Assembly: GCA_020073005.1 (NCBI GenBank) | Contig: JAIQFX010000047.1 | Coordinates: 4,080-68,079 of the forward strand | Source: Terriglobia bacterium | Lineage (GTDB): Bacteria > Acidobacteriota > Vicinamibacteria > Vicinamibacterales > CAVVIG01 | Reading direction: 5' to 3' | Length of the DNA: 64,000 bases | In this document: positions 27,885 through 37,438 of the stretch, in pieces | Numbering within the stretch: position 1 is the first letter of the stretch | Layout of the letters: each line of letters begins with the position of its first letter | Position numbers and translations under genes: made by a program | The notes under the pieces: generated by a model | Database searches by the model: none | What the model saw: the letters and a program-made list of their open reading frames with translations, nothing else | Told to the model about the DNA's origin: nothing

Positions 27885-28565
27885 GTGACTCAGATGCGCA
27901 TCCCCGCAATCGTGTTGATGGCCGCCGCGGCCGCCTCGTGTCGGACGGCGGCGCCCGGCGGCGCGTCGGCGTCCCCGCCGCCCGCGCAGGCCGACCCGCG
28001 TCCGCCGATCATCCAGCCGGGCGCGCCGGGCCAGCCGAGCCGCGTGATCGCCACCGACACCGCGACCGATCTGTCGCAGGTGCAGTACATCGCCGCCGAC
28101 ATCAAGTTCATGCAGGGCATGATCGGCCACCACGCGCAGGCGATCGAAATGGCCGCGCTCGTCCCGTCGCGGACCGCGTCGGAAGGGCTGAAGACGCTCG
28201 CGCTGCGGATCGACGTGTCGCAGAAGGACGAGATCAACATGATGCAGGGCTGGCTCGAAGCGCGCGGCCAGCAGGCCCCCGGCCGCGGCGGGCACAACAT
28301 GAACGGCCCGATGCTGATGCCCGGCATGCTGACGCAGGAAGAAATGGATCGTCTCGCCGCCGCGACAGGCGCGGAGTTCGATCGCCGTTTCCTCGAAGGG
28401 ATGATCAAACATCACTTCGGCGCGTTGACGATGGTCGAGCAGTTGTTTGCGACGCCTGGCGCGGGCCAGGACGTGTCTATCTTCTCGTATGCGTCGGACG
28501 TCGACGCGGATCAGCGGATGGAAATTGATCGCATGGGCGCCATGCTCAAGGAGCTTCAGAAATGA
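27885..28565 (+). CDS. DUF305 family protein (four-helix bundle, His-rich, metal-associated). Lipoprotein-like signal.
   Basis: 'AAAASC' is a lipobox-like motif. The duplicated 'F..GMI.HH.GA..M' motif appears as 'FMQGMIGHHAQAIEMA' and 'FLEGMIKHHFGALTMV'. Confidence 0.8.
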   Translation: MTQMRIPAIVLMAAAAASCRTAAPGGASASPPPAQADPRPPIIQPGAPGQPSRVIATDTATDLSQVQYIAADIKFMQGMIGHHAQAIEMAALVPSRTASEGLKTLALRIDVSQKDEINMMQGWLEARGQQAPGRGGHNMNGPMLMPGMLTQEEMDRLAAATGAEFDRRFLEGMIKHHFGALTMVEQLFATPGAGQDVSIFSYASDVDADQRMEIDRMGAMLKELQK

Positions 28566-30442
28566 AAACCGTTGCCGCCACGCTGCTCTCGCTGGCCGTC
28601 GCGTCCACGTGCGCCGTGATGACTGCCCAGCAGGCGCCGCCATCCAAAGATGATCCGCGGATCGGGCTGAAAGCCGGCCTGCACGACGCCGGCGAGGCCG
28701 CGCGTAACATGGAGCGCATCGCGAGCCTCCCGAAGCCCGATGGCTTCTTCGATCCGAACGCGCCGGGCGGCGGAGTCATCCCGCCCGAGCCGGCTCCCGA
28801 CGCGCCGCCTCCGCCGCCGCCGAATCCGAACGCGCCGTTCAATCCCGCGCTGGCGAACGTGCTCGGCTTCGCGAACTCTGATCTCGCGTTCAAGGGCGAC
28901 CACGTCTTCATGGGCAGCTTCCACGGCTTCACGACGTACGACATCGAGCGGCCGACGAAGCCGAAGCTGAGCGCGGCGGTCGTGTGCCCCGGCGGCCAGG
29001 GCGACATCTCGGTCTACGGCAACCTGCTCTTCATGTCGGTGGAGCAGACGCGCGGCCGCATCGACTGCGGCACGCAGGGCGTGCAGACCGCGGTCAGCGC
29101 GGAGCGATTCCGCGGCGTGCGGATCTTCGACATCACCGACATCAACACGCCGCGGCAGATCGCGGCCGTGCAGACGTGCCGCGGATCGCACACGCACACG
29201 CTGGTGCCGGATCCGAACGACAGGACGAATCTGTACGTGTACGGCTCCGGCACGAGCGGCGCGCGATCGGCGGAAGAGCTCGCCGGATGCTCGGGTGCGA
29301 AGCCCGGCGACGATCCGAACACGTCGCTCTTCAGCATCGACGTGATTCAGGTGCCGCTCTCCGCGCCTGAGAAAGCGCGCATCGTCAATCGTCCGCGCAT
29401 CTTCGCCGACGCGGCCGGCAACATCGCGGCGTTGTGGGCCGGCGGCGACCATGGGCCGGGCACGCAGAAGACGAGCGAAACGAATCAGTGCCACGACATC
29501 ACCGTCTTCCCCGAGGTCGGTCTGGCGGCGGGCGCATGCTCGGGCAACGGCATTCTGCTCGACATCAAGGATCCGAAGAATCCGGTGCGGCTCGACTACG
29601 CGTCCGACAAGAACTTCGCGTACTGGCACTCGGCGACGTTCAACAACGACGGCACGAAGGTGATCTTCACGGATGAGTGGGGCGGCGGCGGACGGCCGCG
29701 CTGCCGGCCGACCGATCTCCTCAACTGGGGCGCCGACGCGATCTTCGACATCGTCGATCGCAAGCTGGTGTTCAAGGGCTACTACAAGATGCCGGCGCCG
29801 CAGACCGATCAGGAGAACTGCGTCGCGCACAACGGATCGCTGATTCCGGTGCCGGGCCGCGACGTCATGGTGCAGGCGTGGTATCAGGGCGGCGTGTCGG
29901 TGTTCGACTTCACCGACTCGGCCAAGCCGGTCGAGATCGCGTTCTTCGATCGCGGGCCGATCGACGCGAAGAATCTGATCCTCGGCGGCTTCTGGTCGGC
30001 CTACTGGTACAACGGGCAGATCTACGGATCCGAGATCGCGCGCGGCGTGGACATCTTCAAGCTGAAGCCGAGCGAGTACCTCACGCAGAACGAGCTCGAC
30101 GCCGCGATGATGATTCGCGCGGAGGAAGTGAACACGCAGCTGCAGACGAAGATCACGTGGCCGGCGGCATCGCCCGTCGCGAAGGCATACATTGATCAAT
30201 TGTTGCGCGGCAACGCCATCCAGCCCGAGCGCGCTCGCGCGGTGCGCGCGGCGCTCGACCGCGTCGACGGATTCCGGACGGGGAAGGAGCGCGGCGCGGC
30301 CGCGGCGCTCGATCAGCTCGACGCGCTCGCGAAGCAGCTCGAGAGCGATGCGGCTGCGGCGCGCGGACGAAACGCGGATCGACTGACGTCGCTCGCGGCG
30401 ACGCTGAAAGGCCGCGCGGCGCCGCAACGCCTTGAGTTGTAG
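28562..30442 (+). CDS. Secreted LVIVD-repeat-type beta-propeller protein.
   Basis: The start overlaps the DUF305 stop (ATGA). It has a signal peptide. Motifs include 'NSDLAFKGDHVFMGSFHGFTTYDI' and 'DISVYGNLLFMS'. DUF305 next to an LVIVD protein is a gene pair I recognise from other genomes. Confidence 0.7.
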   Translation: MKTVAATLLSLAVASTCAVMTAQQAPPSKDDPRIGLKAGLHDAGEAARNMERIASLPKPDGFFDPNAPGGGVIPPEPAPDAPPPPPPNPNAPFNPALANVLGFANSDLAFKGDHVFMGSFHGFTTYDIERPTKPKLSAAVVCPGGQGDISVYGNLLFMSVEQTRGRIDCGTQGVQTAVSAERFRGVRIFDITDINTPRQIAAVQTCRGSHTHTLVPDPNDRTNLYVYGSGTSGARSAEELAGCSGAKPGDDPNTSLFSIDVIQVPLSAPEKARIVNRPRIFADAAGNIAALWAGGDHGPGTQKTSETNQCHDITVFPEVGLAAGACSGNGILLDIKDPKNPVRLDYASDKNFAYWHSATFNNDGTKVIFTDEWGGGGRPRCRPTDLLNWGADAIFDIVDRKLVFKGYYKMPAPQTDQENCVAHNGSLIPVPGRDVMVQAWYQGGVSVFDFTDSAKPVEIAFFDRGPIDAKNLILGGFWSAYWYNGQIYGSEIARGVDIFKLKPSEYLTQNELDAAMMIRAEEVNTQLQTKITWPAASPVAKAYIDQLLRGNAIQPERARAVRAALDRVDGFRTGKERGAAAALDQLDALAKQLESDAAAARGRNADRLTSLAATLKGRAAPQRLEL

Positions 30443-30452
30443 CGCGAGCCTT

Positions 30453-31247
30453 TCAGGCGAGCGTGACGCGCCAATCGTCGACCGATCCCAGGTCGGGAAC
30501 GTCTTCGCGCAGAGTCGCGAGCGTGCGGAACAGCAACGCGCGCTCGCGCTCTTCCTTCAGAACTCTCGCGAGCCGCGCAGGGCTGGCGGCGTTCACACTC
30601 CACGTCTTGTAGTCGTCCGGAATCGCTTCGAGGTGGCCGAACTTCGCGAGTACGGCCGCCGCTGACTTCGCGCCCCAGCCAGGCAATCCAGGAAACCCGT
30701 CAGACGCGTCGCCAACCAGCGCGAGGTAGTCCGGAATCGACGCCGGCGCCACGCCGAACTTCGCGATCACGCCGGCCTCGTCGCGCACGATCCGTGATCG
30801 CCGATCGAACTGCACGATCCGGTTGCCCTTCACGCACTGCGCGAGATCCTTGTCCGGCGTGCAGATGAACACGCGCTCGACGCGTGTATCGCGCGCCGCG
30901 ATTGCCGCCCCCGCCGCCAGCGCATCGTCCGCCTCGAACTCCACCATCGGCCAGACCGTGATGCCCGCGGCTTTGAGCGCCCACTCGAGCTTCGGGAATT
31001 GCGCCCACAGATTCGGATCGATCCCTTCGCCGGTCTTGTAGCCGGGCCAGAGCTGATTGCGGAATGACTCGATTACCTGATCCGTCGCGACGGCGACGTG
31101 CGTCGCGCCGGCTGAAATCAATCCGCGCACGGACCCGATGACGCCGTTGACCGCGGCGATCTCGTTTCCCGACGCGTCCTTCTCCGACGGCATCGCGTAG
31201 AAATGACGGAACAGTTCGTAGGTGCCGTCAATCAGATGGACATTCAT
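30453..31247 (-). CDS. 5'-3' exonuclease / flap endonuclease (PIN-like plus H3TH domains).
   Basis: MNVHLIDGTYELFRHFYA, the acidic cluster 'EFEADDALAA' and the H3TH 'IPDYLALVGDASDGFPGLPGWGAKSAA' are present. Confidence 0.85.
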   Translation of the reverse strand: MNVHLIDGTYELFRHFYAMPSEKDASGNEIAAVNGVIGSVRGLISAGATHVAVATDQVIESFRNQLWPGYKTGEGIDPNLWAQFPKLEWALKAAGITVWPMVEFEADDALAAGAAIAARDTRVERVFICTPDKDLAQCVKGNRIVQFDRRSRIVRDEAGVIAKFGVAPASIPDYLALVGDASDGFPGLPGWGAKSAAAVLAKFGHLEAIPDDYKTWSVNAASPARLARVLKEERERALLFRTLATLREDVPDLGSVDDWRVTLA

Positions 31248-31251
31248 GGCG

Positions 31252-33231
31252 TCAGCGCAGAATCTCCTCGCCGTTCCGCGCATCGGAGTGCATCTGACGC
31301 TGGACCATTTCGTGGTACGCGCCGCGCGCGTCCATCAGCGCCTCGTGCGTCCCGCGCTCGATGATGCGGCCGTCCTCGAGTAGCAGGATCAGATCGGCGC
31401 GGCGGATCGTGGAGAGGCGATGCGCGATGACGAACGTCGTGCGCCCGGCGAGCAGCGATGCCATCGACGCCTGAATGAGTTGCTCGCTTTCGGTGTCGAG
31501 ATTGCTCGTGGCCTCGTCGAGGATCAGGATCTGCGGCGACGCGACCACCGCTCTCGCGATCGCCAGCCGCTGCTGCTGACCGCCTGACAGCTTGACGCCG
31601 CGCTCGCCGACGAACGTCTCGTACTGCTCGGGCAGCCGGACGATGAACTCGTGCGCGTTCGCGCGGCGGGCGGCGTCCTCGACTTCGGCGTCGGTGGCGT
31701 CGTGCCGGCCGTACGCGATGTTGTCTCGCACGGATCCGTCGAAGAGAAACACGTCCTGCTGCACGATCGCCAGGAGATCCCGATACGACTGCAGCCGGAA
31801 GTCGCGGATGTCGGTGCCGTCGACGAGAATGCGTCCTTTCGTCGGATCGTGAAACCGCGCGACGAGATCCGTGACCGTCGTCTTGCCCGCGCCGCTCCGG
31901 CCGACGAGCGCGATCACGGATCCGCCAGGGACGGTGATATTGAAGTCGCGGACGACCGGCCGGCCCTCGCGGTACTCGAACTCGACGTTCTCGAACTGGA
32001 TCTCGTGGACGACGCGTGGCGCCTCGCGCGCGTCCGGCCGATCGGGCTTGTCGTCTTCCATGCCCAGCACTTCGAAGACGCGCTCCATCGCCGCGAGCGA
32101 TCGCTGCAGTTCCGAGAACGAATTCACGAGCTGCCACACGGGATTCAGCAGCAGGAACGTGTACCACTGAAACGCCATGATGTCGCCGATGGACGCGCGG
32201 CCCTCGATGTTCAGGTAGCCGCCGTACCACATGATGACGACGTTGACGGCGCCGAGCAGCAGGCCCCACGACGTCCAGATGACCATTTCGCGCCGCTGCG
32301 CGAACAGTTCTTTGCGCAGGATGCTGTGGCGCCCGACCAGGTACTCGACGAGCTCGCGCATCTCGCGGCCGAACGCGCGGACGACGCGGATGCCGGAGAA
32401 CGTCTCGCCGACGCGGCCGTCGATGCGCTCGGCGTCCTTGCGGACGGACCGATAGATCGGCCGCACGCGCCTCGCGGCGATGAAGCTGATGAGCATCACG
32501 CCGGGAATGATGGCGAGCGCCGTCAGCGCGAGCCGCCAGTTCAGCGAGGTCAGCACTATTACAGCAATGACGAGACGGATGATCGAGACCGACGGCGACA
32601 CGATCGCCAGCTGCAGCAGCCCGGTCGTCGTGTCCACGTCGCCGGTGAGTCGCGAGAGGATGCCGCCGGTCTTCATGTCCCACAGCTTCGGCAGCGGCAG
32701 ATGCAGCAGGCGCTCGAAAAGCGATCGGCGGAGCGACAGCATGACGCGCGTGTTGAGCAGGCGCTGCCGGTACTCCTTGAGCGCGTTGGCGAGATTCGAC
32801 GCGATGATAAGAGTGAGGAACAGCGCGCCGGCCAGATTGAGCTGCCGCCACCGCGCCGCCGAATCGAGCCGCGTGTCGAGCAGGACGCGGTCGATGATGA
32901 ACCGCATGAACAGCGGCTCGACCATCTGCAGCCCCGCGACCGTCAGCGCGACGACGAAGAATGCGCCGACCGCGAACCGGTGGGGCCAGATCCACCGCAG
33001 GTACTCGCGCGCGTACTCCCGGCGCTTGCCGCGGAGCAGACGCCGCGGTCCGGCTGGCGCTTCGTCCGAAGTCTCGAGCGCGTCGCTCGCGGTGCCAGGC
33101 TGATCGCGCTTTCCTGAGCCGGCGTCGTCGCGCTCGTCCAGCCGCCGCGCGTGGTAGTCGGCGACGAACGCCCGGTGCCGCTGGCGGGACGACCGCGGAT
33201 GCGGTTTCGGCTTCTCCAGACCGTCCGACAT
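31252..33231 (-). CDS. Fused permease/ATPase ABC exporter (MsbA/ABCB-like).
   Basis: Six N-terminal TM helices, then 'GRSGAGKTT', 'LSGGQQQRLAIARA' and 'ILILDEATSNLD'. Confidence 0.9.
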   Translation of the reverse strand: MSDGLEKPKPHPRSSRQRHRAFVADYHARRLDERDDAGSGKRDQPGTASDALETSDEAPAGPRRLLRGKRREYAREYLRWIWPHRFAVGAFFVVALTVAGLQMVEPLFMRFIIDRVLLDTRLDSAARWRQLNLAGALFLTLIIASNLANALKEYRQRLLNTRVMLSLRRSLFERLLHLPLPKLWDMKTGGILSRLTGDVDTTTGLLQLAIVSPSVSIIRLVIAVIVLTSLNWRLALTALAIIPGVMLISFIAARRVRPIYRSVRKDAERIDGRVGETFSGIRVVRAFGREMRELVEYLVGRHSILRKELFAQRREMVIWTSWGLLLGAVNVVIMWYGGYLNIEGRASIGDIMAFQWYTFLLLNPVWQLVNSFSELQRSLAAMERVFEVLGMEDDKPDRPDAREAPRVVHEIQFENVEFEYREGRPVVRDFNITVPGGSVIALVGRSGAGKTTVTDLVARFHDPTKGRILVDGTDIRDFRLQSYRDLLAIVQQDVFLFDGSVRDNIAYGRHDATDAEVEDAARRANAHEFIVRLPEQYETFVGERGVKLSGGQQQRLAIARAVVASPQILILDEATSNLDTESEQLIQASMASLLAGRTTFVIAHRLSTIRRADLILLLEDGRIIERGTHEALMDARGAYHEMVQRQMHSDARNGEEILR

Positions 33232-33302
33232 GAACGCCTAGTATCGGTCAGGTGGCGCCGCTCGGGGGACCTTGTCGCACGGTATCATCGGGGCGATCTT
33301 TC

Positions 33303-34127
33303 ATGGGGACGCCTGCACGCCGCCTCGGCGTTCTGACGACGGTCGCGCTCGTCGTGATTGCGGGCGTCGCCGCGCTCGCCCAGCGCGGCGTCGACGGCCT
33401 CAACGGTTTCGGCGGCGGTTTCAGCTGGCCGTATAAACCGTTGCCCAACATTCCCTACGACGGCCGCTTCACGTTCGTGCGCGTGCGCTACGAGCCCGCG
33501 CCCGGCGGCCGCTGGCCCGGCAGCCGTCCCTCGTGGATCCACGGTTATCCGCTCGCCGAGCGCAACCTGATGAAGATCATGAACGAGGTGAGCTATCTCG
33601 GCGCGCACGAGGACGACATCAACACGGTGGCGCTGGACGATCCGGAGCTCGACAAGTACCCAATTGCGTACATCATCGAAGTCGGCTGGTGGACGGTCAC
33701 CGATCGCGAGGCCGCGGGGCTTCGCGCGTACCTGCAGAAGGGCGGATTCCTGTTCGTGGACGACTTCAAGCCGCCGGGCTGGCGCGGGCTCTACGGCGGC
33801 GGCTGGGAACCGTTCGCGGCGACGATGAAGCGCGTGCTGCCGGACGCGCAGATCCTCGACATGGATCCGAACGATCCGGTGTTTCACTCGTTCTTCGAGA
33901 TCGAGCACATCGATCATTTCCCGCAGGCGTACGTATCGGGCGATCCGATCTTCAAGGGCATCTTCGAGGACAACGATCGGCGCAAGCGGCTCATGGCCAT
34001 CATTAATTACAACACCGACGTCTCGCAGTACTGGGAATGGTCCGGCCGCGGCTTCCGTCCGTTCGATCAGACGAACGAAGCGTACAAGCTCGGGGTGAAC
34101 TACCTGATCTACGGCCTCACGCACTGA
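33303..34127 (+). CDS. DUF4159 domain-containing protein.
   Basis: A signal/anchor, then 'HGYPLAERNLMKIMNE', 'YPIAYIIEVGWW..TDREAAGLRAYLQKGGFLFVDDF' and 'AYKLGVNYLIYGLTH', which match my memory of DUF4159. Confidence 0.7.
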   Translation: MGTPARRLGVLTTVALVVIAGVAALAQRGVDGLNGFGGGFSWPYKPLPNIPYDGRFTFVRVRYEPAPGGRWPGSRPSWIHGYPLAERNLMKIMNEVSYLGAHEDDINTVALDDPELDKYPIAYIIEVGWWTVTDREAAGLRAYLQKGGFLFVDDFKPPGWRGLYGGGWEPFAATMKRVLPDAQILDMDPNDPVFHSFFEIEHIDHFPQAYVSGDPIFKGIFEDNDRRKRLMAIINYNTDVSQYWEWSGRGFRPFDQTNEAYKLGVNYLIYGLTH

Positions 34128-35349
34128 CCGCCGGCGGCCGGACGATCAAAGGAATGATCGTGCTCGCCAGCATCAGGCCCGCGGTCAGATACAGCGCTTC
34201 ATCGTACCGTCCCGCGCTCTGCCGTAATGCCGCGATGACGGTCGGGCCGAGCGCGCCCGCGACGCTCCACGCGGTCAGCATCAGGCCGTAGATCGCGCCC
34301 ACGTGCTCGGTGCCGAAGTAATCGGCGGCGAACGCCGGCATCGTGCCGAAGCCGCCGCCGTAGCAGAGGAGGACGAGCAGCGTGAGCCCGGTGAACGCCG
34401 CGACGCCGTGGACCGAGGGCAGCAGGAAGAAGATGATCGCCTGGAGCGGGAACATCACGAGAAAGACCGCGCGCCGGCCGATCAGATCGGACAGCCACGC
34501 CCACAGCAAGCGGCCCGCGCCGTTCGCGATTGAAATGATCCCGACGAGACTTGCCGCGCCGGCCGCGCTGACCTTCGTGATCTCCTGCGCCATCGGCGCC
34601 GCCTGCGAAATGATCGCGATGCCTGCCGTCGTGTTGAGGAACAGCAGCGTCCAGAGTCCGTACCACTGCCAGCTGCGCATCGCGTCGCCAAGCGTGTACG
34701 ACCGCGCGGCCCGCTGCTGTTGCTGACTCGCGGCCGGCGTCCATCCCTCGGGCCGATAGCCGTCGGGCGGATTCCGCATGAGGAGCCCGCCGCCCGTGAC
34801 GGCGACGAAGTACACGGCGCCCAGGATCGCGAACGTCTGCAGCACGCCCACCTGCGCCACGAGCATCGTCGCGATCGGCGCGGTCAGGAGCGCGCCGGCG
34901 CCAAATCCCGCGACGGCGATGCCGGTGATCATCCCGCGCTTGTCGGGAAACCATTTCACGAGCGTCGCGACGGGCACGATGTAGCCGAAGCCGAGGCCGA
35001 CGCCGCCGAGCAATCCGTACGATCCGTAGAGCCACCACAGGCGGCCGCCGGTGAAGCTCGCGAGGAAGACGCCGAGCCCGTAGAGCACGCCCGCCGTCAC
35101 GGCCACGCGGCGCGGGCCCGCGCGGCGCATCCAGATGCCGCCGCCGAACGCGGCGAAGCCGAGCACGAAGATCGCGATCGTGAACGTCAGCGTGACCTGC
35201 GGAATCGTCCAGCCGAAGCTGGTGACGAGCGGCGTCCTGAAGACGCTCCAGGCGTAGACCGCGCCGAGCGCGATCTGCATGAGGACGCCGGCTGCGGCGA
35301 TCAGCCAGCGGTTGGGTGGCGGTGAGGCCATCACGCGCCACCCGTCCAC
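34117..35349 (-). CDS. MFS transporter, oxalate/formate antiporter (OFA) family-like.
   Basis: 12 TM pattern. 'GAVYAWSVF' and 'KWFPDKRGMITGIAVAGFGAGA' are typical of the OFA family. An alternative start is at 35331. Confidence 0.8.
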   Translation of the reverse strand: MDGWRVMASPPPNRWLIAAAGVLMQIALGAVYAWSVFRTPLVTSFGWTIPQVTLTFTIAIFVLGFAAFGGGIWMRRAGPRRVAVTAGVLYGLGVFLASFTGGRLWWLYGSYGLLGGVGLGFGYIVPVATLVKWFPDKRGMITGIAVAGFGAGALLTAPIATMLVAQVGVLQTFAILGAVYFVAVTGGGLLMRNPPDGYRPEGWTPAASQQQQRAARSYTLGDAMRSWQWYGLWTLLFLNTTAGIAIISQAAPMAQEITKVSAAGAASLVGIISIANGAGRLLWAWLSDLIGRRAVFLVMFPLQAIIFFLLPSVHGVAAFTGLTLLVLLCYGGGFGTMPAFAADYFGTEHVGAIYGLMLTAWSVAGALGPTVIAALRQSAGRYDEALYLTAGLMLASTIIPLIVRPPAVSA

Positions 35350-35352
35350 AGA

Positions 35353-35946
35353 CTACTTGCTGGTGTTGCTGATTGGCGTCGCGTTGATCGGAATCATGAT
35401 GTGCGCGCCGGGCGTGCCCGGCAGCATCATCCACGGCATGCCGTGGCCCGCGAGCGCCGCGTCGCGCTGGCTCGTCGTCGACACGCCGAGCGATTCCGGC
35501 GTCGCGTTCGGGACCGACATCACCCACAGCAGCTTGATGCGTTGCGGATCGTCGGAGTAGCGGTACGACATCGTGCCGAACGGCGTCGGTTTCAGCGTGC
35601 CGTCCTTCATCGCGGCGGCGATGGCGTCCGAGACTTCCTTGTCGGACTTCTTCTGCGCGCGCAGCTTCGCTTCCATGTCGCGGCGCGGCGCGAGCACTTT
35701 GTTGTAGCAGCGGACGAAGCCATCGTCGGCCTTCGGCTGGCACTCGATCTGGTTCGTGCCCTGGCGCAGGATCTGGCGCGCGCCGGTCGCCTTGTCGTAC
35801 GCGACCACGGTCGCGCCGGCCTTGAGATCTTCCGGAAGCGGCTTGAGCGCTTCGGCGATGCGCGGGTCGCCCATCTGCGCGCGGGCGGGCGACGCGGTCA
35901 ACGGCAGCAGACACAGCACGGCGGCGGAGATGGAAAGAAGTTTCAC
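35353..35946 (-). CDS. Secreted hypothetical protein.
   Basis: It has the signal peptide MKLLSISAAVLCLLPLTASPARAQ and is 3 nt upstream of the MFS gene on the same strand. Confidence 0.65.
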   Translation of the reverse strand: MKLLSISAAVLCLLPLTASPARAQMGDPRIAEALKPLPEDLKAGATVVAYDKATGARQILRQGTNQIECQPKADDGFVRCYNKVLAPRRDMEAKLRAQKKSDKEVSDAIAAAMKDGTLKPTPFGTMSYRYSDDPQRIKLLWVMSVPNATPESLGVSTTSQRDAALAGHGMPWMMLPGTPGAHIMIPINATPISNTSK

Positions 35947-36044
35947 GGCGATCCCTCCTGAGGAATCCCCTCTTATAGACCGTGCCCCTCACCGCGTCAA
36001 GGATCTCGGGTATGCTTCTCCGGCCCGTACCAGGCCTTCACTTC

Positions 36045-37313
36045 ATGACACAGCGCGGAGTCAACAGCCCGGCCCAGGTTCTGTTTGCGAGCCTGATCGG
36101 CACCACGATCGAGTTCTTCGACTTCTACATCTACGCGACGGCGGCCGTCCTCGTCTTTCCGCGGCTGTTCTTTCCCGCGTCGGATCCGGCGTCCGCCACG
36201 CTCGCCTCGCTGGCGACGTTCGCGATCGCCTTCGTCGCGCGCCCGATCGGCTCGGCGCTCTTCGGCCACTTCGGCGACCGCGTCGGCCGCAAGACGACGC
36301 TCGTCGCCGCGCTGTTGACGATGGGCCTGTCGACGGTCACGATCGGCATCCTGCCGTCGTACGCGACGATCGGGATCGCGGCGCCGCTGCTGCTCGCGTT
36401 CTGCCGTTTCGGTCAGGGCCTCGGCCTCGGCGGCGAGTGGGGCGGAGCCGTGCTGCTCGCGGTCGAGAACGCGCCGCCGGGGAAGCGCGCGTGGTACGGC
36501 ATGTTTCCGCAGCTCGGCGCGCCGATCGGGTTTCTCTTTTCCGGCGGCATCTTCCTGCTGCTCTCCTCCCTGTTGACCAATGATCAGTTCTTCGAGTTCG
36601 GATGGCGGCTGCCGTTTCTCGCGAGCGCGATCCTCGTCGCGCTCGGCCTCTACGTGCGGCTGACGATCACCGAGACGCGCGTCTTCGCCGAAGCGGTCAA
36701 CCGCAAGGAGCGCGTGAGCATTCCGATGCTCGTCGTGATCCGCGATCATCCCGGCACGGTGTTTCTCGGCGTGCTCGTGTCGATCACGGCGTTCATGATC
36801 TTCTATCTGATGACCGTGTTCGCGCTCTCGTGGGGGACCAGCGCGTTCCACTACACGCGCGAGAAGTTCCTCGTCATGCAGCTGTTCGCGATTCTGTTCT
36901 TCGCGGCGTTCACGCCGATTTCGGCGCTGCTCGCGGAGAGCGGCCGCCGGCGCATGTTGATGTGGACGAACGTCGCGATCGGCGCTTTCGGTCTCGTGAT
37001 GGCGCCGCTGTTCGCCGCGGGCACCGCGGGCGCGGTCGCGATGATGGTGCTCGGGATGTCGCTCGTCGGTCTGGTGTACGGACCGCTCGGCACGGTGTTG
37101 TCCGAGCTGTTCCCGACGGCGGTGCGCTATTCGGGAAGCTCGCTGACGTTCAACCTCGCCGGCATCTTCGGCGCGTCGCTCGCGCCGTACGCTGCGACGT
37201 ATCTCGCGACGAACTACGGTCTGCAGTACGTGGGTTACTACCTGCTCGGCGGCGCCATTCTGTCGCTCATCGGGATGTACGCCACGCGCGAGACCAAAGA
37301 CGCCGACTTGTAA
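36045..37313 (+). CDS. MFS metabolite:H+ symporter (MHS family, ProP/KgtP-like).
   Basis: 'GTTIEFFDFYIY', 'FGHFGDRVGRK' and 'GQGLGLGGEWGGA' are present, with a 12 TM pattern. Confidence 0.85.
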   Translation: MTQRGVNSPAQVLFASLIGTTIEFFDFYIYATAAVLVFPRLFFPASDPASATLASLATFAIAFVARPIGSALFGHFGDRVGRKTTLVAALLTMGLSTVTIGILPSYATIGIAAPLLLAFCRFGQGLGLGGEWGGAVLLAVENAPPGKRAWYGMFPQLGAPIGFLFSGGIFLLLSSLLTNDQFFEFGWRLPFLASAILVALGLYVRLTITETRVFAEAVNRKERVSIPMLVVIRDHPGTVFLGVLVSITAFMIFYLMTVFALSWGTSAFHYTREKFLVMQLFAILFFAAFTPISALLAESGRRRMLMWTNVAIGAFGLVMAPLFAAGTAGAVAMMVLGMSLVGLVYGPLGTVLSELFPTAVRYSGSSLTFNLAGIFGASLAPYAATYLATNYGLQYVGYYLLGGAILSLIGMYATRETKDADL

Positions 37314-37438
37314 CGCCGTCCAGCTTGCGGACGATGCCGGTCCAGCCCTTGCGGAGATCGTCGATCTTTTCCGGCGGCAGCCCTCTCGTCGCTTCCGAGA
37401 TCCAGTACTGAGGGCGGAGCACGCTCCGCCCCTGCGTC

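Noticed and set aside
28556-30427. 623-aa minus ORF opposite the LVIVD-repeat gene, together with the similar 27351..28643 extension upstream of the DUF6152-like gene.
   Set aside because: They are shadow frames (Arg/Ala/Asp-rich). The plus-strand genes DUF305 and LVIVD carry signal peptides and family motifs.
37412-37431. Perfect 9-bp palindrome GGGCGGAGC-AC-GCTCCGCCC between the convergent MFS and EfpL genes, and a 6-bp hairpin at 11327..11344 after ilvA, as possible terminators.
   Set aside because: Neither strand has a U-tract after either hairpin, so they cannot be called intrinsic terminators from sequence alone. This contrasts with the clear terminator at 38735..38781.
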